DNA of 64,000 nucleotides from the NCBI GenBank assembly GCA_965248925.1, contig CBDFLE010000005.1, forward strand, positions 2,080,001-2,144,000. The letters are read 5' to 3'. The position numbers were made by a program, and so were the translations under genes. The DNA is from Candidatus Multivoradales bacterium (lineage in GTDB: Bacteria > Acidobacteriota > Thermoanaerobaculia > Multivoradales > J023). Shown here one piece after another: positions 1-9,800 of this stretch; the first letter of the stretch is position 1; each line of letters begins with the position of its first letter. The notes beneath the pieces were generated by a model that worked only from the letters and a program-made list of their open reading frames with translations, was not told the DNA's origin and searched no databases.

Positions 1-1601
1 TGCCCAGTGGATTGCAGCTCGCCGAACCGGGCCGCTGGCTAGAAGTCGAGGAAGGCATCCAGGTGTTGTTCCAGGCTGACGCCAGCTATCGTAGCGGCGA
101 CTATTGGGTGATGCCGGCGCGAACTTCCGGCCAGAATATCGACTGGCTCCGCGACGCGGACGGCGATCCCCTAGCGATCGAGCCCCACGGCATCCACCGC
201 GCCTATGCACCGCTGGCGTTGCTCGGTACCGGCGGCGGCGGCGGCGACGGCGACGACTCCTGGCTGGCGGATCTACGCCATCGTTTCCAGCCCTTCAGTC
301 GCGGCGCGGTGAGCAAGGCCGGCGACGTGGTCGAAGGCTCCCTCGAAGTGCGCGACGATCTACTCGTCGGCGGGCGGCTCGAGGTGCCCGGCGAGGCCCA
401 CCTCGGGGACATCTACGGCCGCCTGGCCGGTCGCGAGATGGTGGCTGGCCCCCAACTCGCCGCGGGCGCGGTCAGCGCCGACAAGCTGGCCCGCGACGTC
501 GGTGTGGTCCCCGACGGCTACTCCATCCTGGGCCCGACCACCGACTCTCCACCAGGCTACGTCTGCACCGGTTCCAGCATTGACGTCTTGGTCGACAGCA
601 CCACTTGGAGAACGGTGCATGAGCTACCCACCGAGGCCGACGGGCCGTTTGCAGGCGCCGAACTCGACAACAACATTTTCATCCTGCTCGAATCCGGCGA
701 TCTGTGGCGCTACGATTTGGCGGCTGACACCCTCCACCGCTGTCAGGATCTACCGCTGCACAAACGCCGCCACGGCTTCGCCGCGGTGAGTGGCAAGCTC
801 TACGTCGTGGGTGGCCTGGACGCGGTCGGTCACTGCTGCGGGCGCACCCTAGCCTACGATCCTCGGCACGACAGCTGGGAAGAGGTCGGAGCCCTGCCGA
901 CCCCCCGCTGCGACCTGGCATTGGTACCTTACGGCGATGCGTTGCACGCCTTCGGTGGCTTGCGGCAACGATCGATCCTCGGTCGCGTGGTGACCCGCCG
1001 GCACGAGGTCTTCGATCCCACCACCGACACCTGGAAACGGCACCGCTCGCTGCCGCGGGCCTGCTGCGGCCACGCCGCCACCGCCGTCACCAAGGGAATT
1101 CACATCGTCGGCGGCGAATACCGCTGGCTCCTCGGCCGTTGGGGTCGCCAGCAAACCGCTCGCCACCTGCTCTACGACCCTGGCACCCGCCGCTGGCTCA
1201 GCGAGCGAGCGCCCTTGCCGGCACCGCGCCGCGATCTGGCGTTGGTCGAGAGTTTCGGCCGCCTCTACTCCATCGGCGGCCAAGGCCCCTGGGAACGCAT
1301 CGAAGACGGTTGGTCGCGGATCACCCTACGCTACGACCCGGTGAGCGACCATTGGAGCCCCATCACCCCCTTGAGCGAGCCGATCCTCGGCCCCGGAGCG
1401 GCCTCGATCGGCGGCAAGCTCTACGTCGCCGGCAGCCGCAACGCCGCCGGCCGGCACCTGCTCGAAGAGAGCGAGGTAGCGCAGCGGTTTTATCTCCACC
1501 GACGGGAATGGCGGCAGGATGAAACCCCTGTGGCCAGCGGGGAAGACGACACCCTACCGGCCGTCGGGCTGGAGGATGAGCCGTTTCCGCGGGATAGCTA
1601 G
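1..1601 (+). CDS. DUF6519-like (eCIS/phage-tail associated) protein with C-terminal Kelch beta-propeller; 5'-partial
   Basis: N-terminal 'LEVEEGIQVLFQ..YRSGDYWVMPART..IDW..P.G....YAPLA' resembles the DUF6519 C-terminal part; 'VSKAGDVVEGSLEV' fibre-like segment; several Kelch-type motifs (LYVVGG..YDP..W, LHAFGG, IHIVGG, LYSIGG). The frame is open to the window edge. Confidence 0.7.
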   Translation, partial: PSGLQLAEPGRWLEVEEGIQVLFQADASYRSGDYWVMPARTSGQNIDWLRDADGDPLAIEPHGIHRAYAPLALLGTGGGGGDGDDSWLADLRHRFQPFSRGAVSKAGDVVEGSLEVRDDLLVGGRLEVPGEAHLGDIYGRLAGREMVAGPQLAAGAVSADKLARDVGVVPDGYSILGPTTDSPPGYVCTGSSIDVLVDSTTWRTVHELPTEADGPFAGAELDNNIFILLESGDLWRYDLAADTLHRCQDLPLHKRRHGFAAVSGKLYVVGGLDAVGHCCGRTLAYDPRHDSWEEVGALPTPRCDLALVPYGDALHAFGGLRQRSILGRVVTRRHEVFDPTTDTWKRHRSLPRACCGHAATAVTKGIHIVGGEYRWLLGRWGRQQTARHLLYDPGTRRWLSERAPLPAPRRDLALVESFGRLYSIGGQGPWERIEDGWSRITLRYDPVSDHWSPITPLSEPILGPGAASIGGKLYVAGSRNAAGRHLLEESEVAQRFYLHRREWRQDETPVASGEDDTLPAVGLEDEPFPRDS

Positions 1602-1812
1602 GGCGACCCGCCGGCAGAAATCGCCCTAACCACCCTTCGAAGAATCGCGACCGGCAACCGCACGAGTACAATTTGGGTGGCCCCGCTGGGCTGATAAGCT
1701 GGAGGCGATCTTGGGTGGCGACCAAGAACCGGCCGAGATCGTCAGAATCGCCTGAGTAGGGTAAGTGGCAGACCCGAGGTACTCGCGTCTTGATCAGGCA
1801 CGGAGAATGAGA

Positions 1813-2064
1813 ATGGCAACGATCACCTATGACGTGCCTCCCGGCACCTTCTCGGCGTTGCGGCTATCGCCGAGGGAATTTAGGCGGGAAATGAGAGTCG
1901 CGGCATGCGTTCAATGGTACGCCCAGGGAGCGGTTTCCCAAGGCAAAGCCGCCGAGATCGCGGGGCTTAGTCGAGCGGAGTTCCTCGAAGAGCTGTTCCA
2001 CCGAAAAGTACCAGCATGCCAAGTCACCTACGAGGAGCTCATCGAAGAAATCGAGCATGGGTAG
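1813..2064 (+). CDS. UPF0175-family putative antitoxin
   Basis: 'REMRVAACVQWYAQGAVSQGKAAEIAGLSRAEFLEEL' UPF0175 signature; GGAG RBS at 1802-1805; overlaps the downstream PIN gene. Confidence 0.85.
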   Translation: MATITYDVPPGTFSALRLSPREFRREMRVAACVQWYAQGAVSQGKAAEIAGLSRAEFLEELFHRKVPACQVTYEELIEEIEHG

Positions 2065-2542
2065 TCGGTGGGTGGTCAACGCTTCACCGTTGATCCTGCT
2101 CGGAAAAACAGATCAGCACCAACTGCTTCGGGAACTCACCGAAGAGCTGATCATCCCCGAGGGTGTGGCTCGAGAAGTCCGAGTCAGGCCAGACGGCGAG
2201 CGAGTACTGGAAAGCCTGATTGCTCCCCCTGCCGTACGAGTCGTGAGCAGCGGCCCTATCCCAAAGGAGGTCGAGTCCTGGGATCTGGGCCGTGGCGAGT
2301 CCGAAGTTCTCGCATTGGCATTGACCATCGCCGGGAGCCGCGCTGTCATTGATGATTTGGAAGCACGGCGATGCGCGCAGGCGCTTGGCGTCGGAGTGAT
2401 CGGCACGCTCGGTGTTGTGCTGCGGGCAAAACGAAAGAGACTGATCCCGGCTGCCCGGCCTGCTGTTGATCAACTACGAAAAATCGGGCTGTATGCGTCG
2501 GACGACCTCGTAGAGCGAGTGCTGGCTCACCTGGAGGAATAG
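2057..2542 (+). CDS. DUF3368/PIN-domain putative toxin (nucleic acid-binding)
   Basis: 'VVNASPLILL', 'LGRGESEVLALA', 'IDDLEARRCA..LG..VIGTLGVVLRAK' are typical DUF3368 PIN motifs. Confidence 0.88.
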   Translation: MGSRWVVNASPLILLGKTDQHQLLRELTEELIIPEGVAREVRVRPDGERVLESLIAPPAVRVVSSGPIPKEVESWDLGRGESEVLALALTIAGSRAVIDDLEARRCAQALGVGVIGTLGVVLRAKRKRLIPAARPAVDQLRKIGLYASDDLVERVLAHLEE

Positions 2543-2707
2543 TGACCCTAGCGAAGTGATTGCAGCCAAGGAAAGCAAGCAGACTGCGGCCTCGCTAGGG
2601 TGGATCTCTTCGCTACCTGCGACAACCAGAGGTCTAGCACCGATCGGACAGCTCAGACTCTGGCGGCCAGAAGGAAGGAGGCGAAACCGGAATCCATCGT
2701 TCTACGG

Positions 2708-2900
2708 TTTGGGTGGCACCCTCTCAGCAGGCACCCTCTCAGCAGCGGCATCTCAGCTCAGGATCGCCGCTCAGCTGGCAACGGCTGAAGGTAACTTCCG
2801 GCGTAAGTCGTTGATAACAAATGAGTACTATTTTGGGTGGCACTCTCTCAGTGGGTTGACCAGCCCGGTGACCGGAGTGGGCCACCGCTCATGGTATAAT
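2708..2900 (+). promoter_or_regulatory. Regulatory region with repeated TGGCAC boxes, an IHF-consensus site and an extended -10
   Basis: 20-bp repeat TTTGGGTGGCAC[C/T]CTCTCAG at 2708 and 2832; 15-bp tandem GGCACCCTCTCAGCA x2 (2715-2744); TATCAAcgacTTA (IHF WATCAANNNNTTR) on the minus strand at 2804-2816; TGGTATAAT at 2892-2900. Confidence 0.5.
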
Positions 2901-2949
2901 TCTGTTCCATTTCCTCTTTCGAGAAGAATAGCGGGAGGTAAGGTTTCTG

Positions 2950-3594
2950 ATGATCTACAGAATGGCGCGCCGATCTCGGAACGTTCAATACGAGTCGGCA
3001 GCTAGCAAGTCCGCGCAAGTGCGGAAACCTCCGTTAGATTCATCGCTTCAAACCAACGGGCCCGATGACTTGCTGCAAAGAGTTCGGCTCCTTGGGCATC
3101 GCATTCTTCCGGCCGTCGCAGGTCGGGTCCAGCGAGGCAAGGGGAACAATGTCACCGCCGAGAACATCTGTACATCCATTTTGGATGCTCATGGCGGCTG
3201 GGTGAGACCCCAGAACATCGAGCAGAAAAATCAACGCGGCGACGGTCCGGTTTGCAGCGAACTTTATGAAGCCAGTTTGAAGCTCTTCAAGGGCATCGAG
3301 CACCGCGGCTTTGCCGCCTACGCGGTCACCGCGAAGGTCGGCTCGATCGATCACGTCGCACTGCTGGTCGGACCGGCCGGCAAGGACCCGGATTCCGACC
3401 TCAACGAGATTGTAGATGGCGGCTACGTTCTCGATCTGTGGGCCTACATCCTGTGCCCCGCAAGCGACTACATGGATTCGTTCAACGAAACCTTGACCAC
3501 CCTTGTTGACTTCGTCTATGTCAACGAAAAGAAGATAGGCGGTAAGCAATTCGCCAACAAGCTGGCCGGCAAGTGGAAGATCAGCGCCAGCTAG
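2950..3594 (+). CDS. Hypothetical protein; candidate transglutaminase/papain-like (Cys-His-Asp) effector
   Basis: GGAGG RBS; motifs 'GPVCSELYE', 'IDHVALLVG', 'VLDLWAYILCPASDY' spaced like the HopX/XopE-type catalytic triad. Confidence 0.55.
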   Translation: MIYRMARRSRNVQYESAASKSAQVRKPPLDSSLQTNGPDDLLQRVRLLGHRILPAVAGRVQRGKGNNVTAENICTSILDAHGGWVRPQNIEQKNQRGDGPVCSELYEASLKLFKGIEHRGFAAYAVTAKVGSIDHVALLVGPAGKDPDSDLNEIVDGGYVLDLWAYILCPASDYMDSFNETLTTLVDFVYVNEKKIGGKQFANKLAGKWKISAS

Positions 3595-5588
3595 CCAGAT
3601 CGGCTGACCCAGCGCCAACCCTCCGGCAGTCGTACCTCTTGGTCTAGTCGGGCAGCTGAGATCTGCCGCCGAGTGGCACCGATGACTTGGCGCAGATCAG
3701 CACCGCGTAAGTCGGCGCCGCTGAAGTCCGCGCCTTCGAGATCCGCACCCTCCAGGTTGCAGCCACGCAGGTCGGCACCGCGTAGGTCGCAGCGGCGCAA
3801 GCGCACCCGGCGTAGACCAGCACCCTGCAAGTAGGCGCCCGCTAGATTGGCTACTTCCAGGTTGGCGTCGTCGAGGCTGCCAGCGCGCAGATCCGTGCCG
3901 CTCAGATCGCAGTTGAACAGCACCGCCCGACTCAGGTTGGCGCCGCGCAGACACGCGCCCGCCAACCGCGCACCACTAAGCTCTGTTCTAGACAGGTCAG
4001 CGCTACTCAAGTCTGCGTCTTCCAGGCGGCTGGCTCCCAATTCCGCACCGCTCAAACGAGTGCCAACCAGGCTGGCGCGGCGCAGATCGACACGCATCAT
4101 CACCGCCGAGCCCATCTCGGCGCCATCGAGCTTCGCCCCTACCAGATTGGCGGCGGTAAAGTCGGCCCGCAACGCCCGCGCGCCGCGCAGATCGGCGCCG
4201 CTCACTTCGGCCAGGTACAGCCGGGCGTCGGAGAGGTCGGCGCCAGCAAATGAGACATTCTCGAGCACCGCCCAGCTCAGCTCCGCGCCCCGCAAGTCCG
4301 CGTTCTTCATATCGGCGTCCACCGCGACCGCCCCCACCAGGTGAGCGGCTCGCAGGTCAGCACCGCCGAACGCCACTCGTTCGAGCTTGGCTCCGGTCAG
4401 CCGAATAGCGCGCAGATCAGCACCACGGAACAGCGCTCCACTAAGCTCCTTGGCCGACAGATCGAGGCCACGTAGATCGGCGGCGCTGAAGTCTCCGCCA
4501 GCCAGGTGGGCGGCGCCGAGATTCTGCACCTGGCGTAGATCGACCTCGCGCAAATCGGCCCCAACGAGTTCAGCGGCGGCCAGGTCAGCGCCGGCCAGGT
4601 CGGCGGCGCCATCGCAGTCGGCACAGTCAACTCGACACTCGGGGGCACGGTCACACTCAAGGGGGCCGAGGGAGGCACCGGCCAGGCATACGCCCCGAAG
4701 GTCGGCGTAGCGAAGGTCGGCGGCGCTCAGCTTGGCTTGCCACAGATTGGCACCCGCCAAGAGTGCGTGGCGCAGGCTGGCGCGCTCGAGGTTGGCCCCC
4801 GCTAGCTCGCTATTGCGCAGATGCGCCTGGTCCATGCGGGCGGCGGTGAGGCTCACCCCCGGCAGATGGGCCTCGGCAAGACTGACATGGCGCAGGTCGC
4901 ACGCTGCCAGAATCGTGGCCTCACCAGCTACTTCGTCAAGATCGGCCCGGCATAGATCAGCCCTGGTGAAGTCTGTTCCAGCGAGCTTGGCACCGTGAAG
5001 ATTGGCTCGCTCGAGCCTCCCATCGCGAAATACGGCATCCCGCAGCTGCGCATCGGCGAGTTGAGCTTCTTCCAGCACCGCCGCATCGAGCCGAGCCGCG
5101 GTTAGATCGGCCCGCACCAAGCTGGCACGGCTCAGGTCGGCCTCCTCTAGCCGTGCCGAGCGCAGCTCCGCGCGATCAAGGCTAGCCTCGCCAAGCCGCG
5201 CCTGGCGCAAGTCGGCACCATTGAGTTTGGCTTGGCGCAAATCAACCTGACGCAGGTCGGCACCGCGCAGCTGCGCATCGGTGAAATCAGTTTCGCGCAG
5301 CCGCGCTTGGCGCAGGCCGACGCCAGCGAGCTGTGCTTGCTGGCCTTGAGCGCCCGTCAGGTCAGAACCGCTCAACCGCGCCTGGCGCAAGTTGGCGTCA
5401 GACAGCCTCGCGCCTCGTAGATCGGCGCGGTAGAGGTCGACCTCGCGACCATCGAAGTCTTCGAAATCGATGCCGACTAACGAGGCATGGCGCTGCGCCC
5501 GCTGCTCAAGGTCCGGCCGGTCAAGTCTTAGAAACGTGGGTTCGCTATCGTCGGATTCGACAGCAGTCGTGCTGGGGGTCGTGCTCAT
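3591..5588 (-). CDS. Pentapeptide repeat protein (665 aa)
   Basis: Almost entirely A(D/N)LxX repeats (ADLRG, ANLRQ, ARLSG). Confidence 0.95.
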   Translation of the reverse strand: MSTTPSTTAVESDDSEPTFLRLDRPDLEQRAQRHASLVGIDFEDFDGREVDLYRADLRGARLSDANLRQARLSGSDLTGAQGQQAQLAGVGLRQARLRETDFTDAQLRGADLRQVDLRQAKLNGADLRQARLGEASLDRAELRSARLEEADLSRASLVRADLTAARLDAAVLEEAQLADAQLRDAVFRDGRLERANLHGAKLAGTDFTRADLCRADLDEVAGEATILAACDLRHVSLAEAHLPGVSLTAARMDQAHLRNSELAGANLERASLRHALLAGANLWQAKLSAADLRYADLRGVCLAGASLGPLECDRAPECRVDCADCDGAADLAGADLAAAELVGADLREVDLRQVQNLGAAHLAGGDFSAADLRGLDLSAKELSGALFRGADLRAIRLTGAKLERVAFGGADLRAAHLVGAVAVDADMKNADLRGAELSWAVLENVSFAGADLSDARLYLAEVSGADLRGARALRADFTAANLVGAKLDGAEMGSAVMMRVDLRRASLVGTRLSGAELGASRLEDADLSSADLSRTELSGARLAGACLRGANLSRAVLFNCDLSGTDLRAGSLDDANLEVANLAGAYLQGAGLRRVRLRRCDLRGADLRGCNLEGADLEGADFSGADLRGADLRQVIGATRRQISAARLDQEVRLPEGWRWVSRSG

Positions 5589-5603
5589 CAGCGACCGCCG
5601 CGA

Positions 5604-6293
5604 TCAAGGCTCGCGTACCTTCGCCCCGTTTTGCTGCACCACATGGGTGAGTTCGTGGGCCAGCAACTGCTGGCCACTGGCAGAACCGGGACGATACTCG
5701 CCCTGGCGAAAGAAGATGTCCTGACCGGTGGTGAAGGCTCGCGCTTCGAGCGAGCGGTTGAGCTGATCGGCCTTGCCATCGGCATGGACCTTGACGCCGC
5801 TGAAGTCGGCGCCGAAGGCTGACTCCATCGAGGAACGCAGGGGAACATCGAGCGCCCGGCCGCCGCTACGCTGGCTGTCGATCGAGGATTCGAGGCTACT
5901 GTCGATGGCTCCGCCTGCTTGCAAGGAGGAGGCACGTTGCAAATACTTCGGCTGGGCGGTGGCGGCCGGGGCGTCGCTAATCTCCGCCTCTTCGACCGCC
6001 GGCGCAGCCAGGCTGGTCATCACTTGCTGCGCCACCTGATCGGCTTCGCGCTCGTAGGCGTCGGCGGCCGGGCCAAGGGTTAGCTTGGGCTGGATGGTGC
6101 CCCTGTCGACCCGCAGCCGGTGGCCGAGCACCTTGGCGCGGGCCAACTGCAGATCGATGTCCGCCGCCGTCCGCTCCGCCAGCGGCCGCGGTGCCAGCGG
6201 CCGCGGTGCCACCCGAGTCGGGCCGGACGGAGCCAGCGTGGACTGATCCTTGCTGCCTGTGACTCGATTTTGCCCTAGTCGATCTGTTCGCAT
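5604..6293 (-). CDS. DUF4157 (eCIS core domain) protein
   Basis: 'IQPKLTLG..D.YEREAD.VA..VM', 'MESAFGADFSGVKVH', 'ARAFTTGQDIFF..GEY.P', 'LLAHELTHVVQQ' (HExxH); ATG at 6293 preceded by GAGG. Confidence 0.92.
   Translation of the reverse strand: MRTDRLGQNRVTGSKDQSTLAPSGPTRVAPRPLAPRPLAERTAADIDLQLARAKVLGHRLRVDRGTIQPKLTLGPAADAYEREADQVAQQVMTSLAAPAVEEAEISDAPAATAQPKYLQRASSLQAGGAIDSSLESSIDSQRSGGRALDVPLRSSMESAFGADFSGVKVHADGKADQLNRSLEARAFTTGQDIFFRQGEYRPGSASGQQLLAHELTHVVQQNGAKVREP
6181..6210. repeat. 15-bp tandem repeat (x2) within the DUF4157 gene, encoding APRPL
   Basis: AGCGGCCGCGGTGCC AGCGGCCGCGGTGCC. Confidence 0.8.
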
Positions 6294-6405
6294 GTGAATC
6301 CTCGGAGCCATCTTACCGCATCTTTGGGAGCCTACCGGGCCGCTCGCCAACCGGCGCCTGATATCCTGAGCGCGGCGCCCCCACCACCGACCGCAGGAGA
6401 CAGCG

Positions 6406-6792
6406 ATGGGTAGTCCAGCAGCCCGCCTGGGCGATATGGTTTTGCAGGATGCTCCGCATTGCCATGCGCCGATCCACCCCCCGGCCCTGGTTCCCACCGC
6501 GGTGCCGCATCCGGCGTTACCACTAGCGATCATCAAGGGCGCGCCCACGGTCATGATCGGTGGCCAACCAGCCGCCCGCGTGACCGATCAAACCGCCCCC
6601 TGCGTGCTGCCCAGCTGCGTGCCCAACGGGCCGGGAATGATCGCCAAAGGCTCGGCAACGGTGATGATCGGCGGCCTGCCGGCGGCGCGGATCAACGATA
6701 TGACCGCTCACGCTACTTGTGTCGCGCCCATCCCCAGCCCCACCGGCAAGATTCTGCCCCCCGGCTGTCCGACGGTGATGATCGGCGGCTAG
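6406..6792 (+). CDS. PAAR domain spike-tip protein
   Basis: Three PAAR motifs (PAARLGD, PAARVTD, PAARIND), His/Cys metal ligands, ends 'GCPTVMIGG'; AGGAG RBS. Confidence 0.95.
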   Translation: MGSPAARLGDMVLQDAPHCHAPIHPPALVPTAVPHPALPLAIIKGAPTVMIGGQPAARVTDQTAPCVLPSCVPNGPGMIAKGSATVMIGGLPAARINDMTAHATCVAPIPSPTGKILPPGCPTVMIGG

Positions 6793-6801
6793 GAGCCGGT
6801 C

Positions 6802-9800
6802 TCACCAAGTGCCCAGGCTGACCTCGACGGGGAAATCAGCCGGTTGCAGAGTCTCGGGCAACGGCACCCTGACCGCTTGTCCGTCGCTGCCCAGCAGCCG
6901 CACGCGGATGAACACCCGCGCCTCGCGATCCGGCCGTGGCGGCGGCGGGGTCGGGGGTGGCGACGGTTTATTCCACGGCCAGTGCCACTGTCTCTTGGCG
7001 ACCGTCTGGGTCGACGGCTCGGCGCCCACCTTGATCGTCGGGATGAACAGCTCCAGGATGTCCGGGCAGATACCCGGAGTCGGCGATTGGTGACTGCCTA
7101 GCAGGGTGAGCAAAGCCCAGTTGTTCTGGTAGTCAAAGGTCACCGTCTTGCCGACCACCGGCGGCCCGCCGGGCTGATCGTAGGGCTCGCGCGGGGCGTC
7201 CTGGGCCCAGCCGAGCAGCAGCTTGACCGGCTGTCCCTGGACCCATTCCGTCGGCACTTCCTGGCTGCCGTCCGGCACTTTCTGGCCATTCACTTCGACC
7301 GCCCAGCGAATAATCTGGTTGGCGTCGACTTCGCGTTGCTGCCGCTGCATGCGGTAGTCGACCTCCAGCGGGAAGGAAAGCGCCGATTGCGGACCTTTGA
7401 CCAAGGCCAGCAGATAGGGGTCGAAGAAATCTCGCAACGTCGCCAACGAGGCCATGAAATCGCACAACCCGAGTAAGCCCTTGGCTCCCCGCAGCGGCTT
7501 GGCGGCGGTGCTCAGACAGGAGCACAACCGCGCCAAGGAAACTTCCGCCGAAGCCGCCGTGGCCGTGCTCGAGACAGCGGTGCCCAACGAGCCCCCACAG
7601 GCCGCGGCTGGCGCGGCGCTGTTGAGACAATCACTGAGTTTCTTGAAATCAAAACCGCGCTGCGGCTGGCTGGCGGCCCGCCGGAGGAAACTGTCGACCG
7701 CGGCGCGGTGATCGTCGTAGATCTTCAAGAAACTGACCACGTCTTTGCGACTGGCCTGACTCTGACCGGTCTTGAAGTCGGCGGTGAAGGGATACTTGCC
7801 CTCCAGCCCGCCGCTGAAGGCTTGGCGAATGCTGGCATAGGAGCTGCGGGCCAGCTCCACGCCGAGCCGCGAACAGCGCTGTTCGAGGGCATCGGTGAGA
7901 TCGCCGCCACGACTCAAGAAGTAGTCGCAGGGTAGGTTTCGCAAGCTGACTGGCGTTGCCAGCGAGAAGCACTTCCGTGGCTCGAGCGCCGCGAGGCAGC
8001 TCGAACCATCGACCGTCATCATTGTCTGAGTCACCAGCTCGCGCAGGCTGGCGGCCGCGCTATTGGGCTTGTCGTTGGCCAGGTCTTGAAGATCGCTTTG
8101 GATGAGCTGGAAGCGGCGTTGGTTCTGATCGTGGTTGAAGCAATTCGACGAACTCTTCGCGCCGAGCAGCGCTTGCGTGTAAGTCTCGTCGAGCTTCTGC
8201 ACCAGGGCCAACCAGGTGGTGAAGTTGCTCGCCGCGGCGTCGGTATCGGCGAAGGAAAAGAGCGTCCGCGCCGGTCCGGTCGAGCCGTCCCAGCTGGCCA
8301 GTAGGCCGGCGTCGACCCGGTAGGGATAGTAGGCGTCGAGCATCCGCTTCATCATCTGGAAGATATATTCGCGCTGATATTCGACGACCTTCTTCAGCTG
8401 ACACCAGGCACTTTCCGGTTGCCAAAGACAATTCTTGCAGGTCACCGGGTCGGGCAGGGTCTCTTGTAGCCGGACTTGAAGCAACACCAGATCATCGCTG
8501 TTGGCCAGGAAGGCGGTGGCGATGCGTTCGAGATGGTCTGCCAGTTGGTCGTTGCTGTCCAGGGCGGGCTGGCGCAGAATCTCCTGCCCAAACTCGAGAA
8601 TGCTCAACACGTAGTTGGCGAGCTCGGTCAGCGCGGTTTGCGAGTGCATCACCTCTACCCCTTGAGGATCGTCGTCGAGAGCTTTGATCGAGCTGTCGTA
8701 CTCGCTGAAGGCACCCACCGCTCGCCGCAGACTGTCCGCGCGCCAACTCAGGTATTCGTCATCGCCGGCTAGCAGCAGCCGACCTCCGCCCTGCTTACCG
8801 CTGAACGGCTGGCTGAGGAATTCTTGCAAACTGCGACGAAGCTGCTGCAGGGGGGCAGAGAGCACGAAACGGCCACTGTCCGGCGACCGCTCGAGCAGCG
8901 GACCGATGTCCGATCGCGGCGCCACTAACGCGGATTGGAGAGTGGTAAACCCCTCGTTGCCAAGGGTCGCTAGTTCTCGCCGCATGTCGACACCGAGGAA
9001 ACGTGACTTGCCCATAGCTCGCCACCAACGGTCGTATTGCAACCCCAGATCGAGGCTCTTGCCATGCACCCAATTAAGCCCGACATCCTCCAAAGACAGG
9101 TCGACCGTTTCGATCCAGAACAGGAGTCTGGCCGCTGCATTGGCCAACGCCTCGGGATCGATTTGGGCCCCGGATCCCGCCGCGCCAGAGCCGCCGACGG
9201 CGCCTAAGAAACCCGCGCCCGAAAGACCACCGGCACCACCGTCCAGGCTGCTGGCAAGAATCCCACTGCCCGCGTCCGCAGCGGTCCAAGCAACGGCGGA
9301 TCCAGAGGGCGCCGCGATAGTTACCTGATTAATTTCTTTATCTAACTTATCCAAGGCGAGCACCAGCGCGTTGTGTTCAAACAAGGTGTCGAACATCCAG
9401 CGGCTGAGCTGCCGGGTCTTGGCTTGCAGCTTCGGGGCGTATTCCTCGACCTGGTATTCATCCACCTTGACCTGCCGCAGAACTCGCCGAACAAACTGCT
9501 GGGTGATCGCATTGGGCGGTTCGAAACGCTCGCCGTAGAGATCCTGTTCCAATCGGTAGATACCTCCCGGTGAACCGCACAGGAGACCTTGGGGGACAAA
9601 GCAATCATAGATCCGCAAGCTATTTTCGACCCGGCCAAGTTTGGCGCTCAGCTGCTCGAGCAGAGTGAACTCAGGTACTGTCTCGACTCCCAGCACCGGT
9701 ACTTGGGGCGACAATTGCCGGGTCGGTTTGGTGGCCAGCTGGTCGAGGCCGTTGCCCAGCGCTCGCCGTGCTGCCGGGAAAGTATTCTTGCTGTACAGCT

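Noticed and set aside
3591-5588. Strong 15-bp periodicity (e.g. GCGCAGATCGGC) as a DNA repeat array
   Set aside because: Fully explained by pentapeptide-repeat coding
6294-6554. N-terminal extension of the DUF4157 ORF to 6554
   Set aside because: Overlaps the PAAR gene on the opposite strand; ATG 6293 has its own RBS
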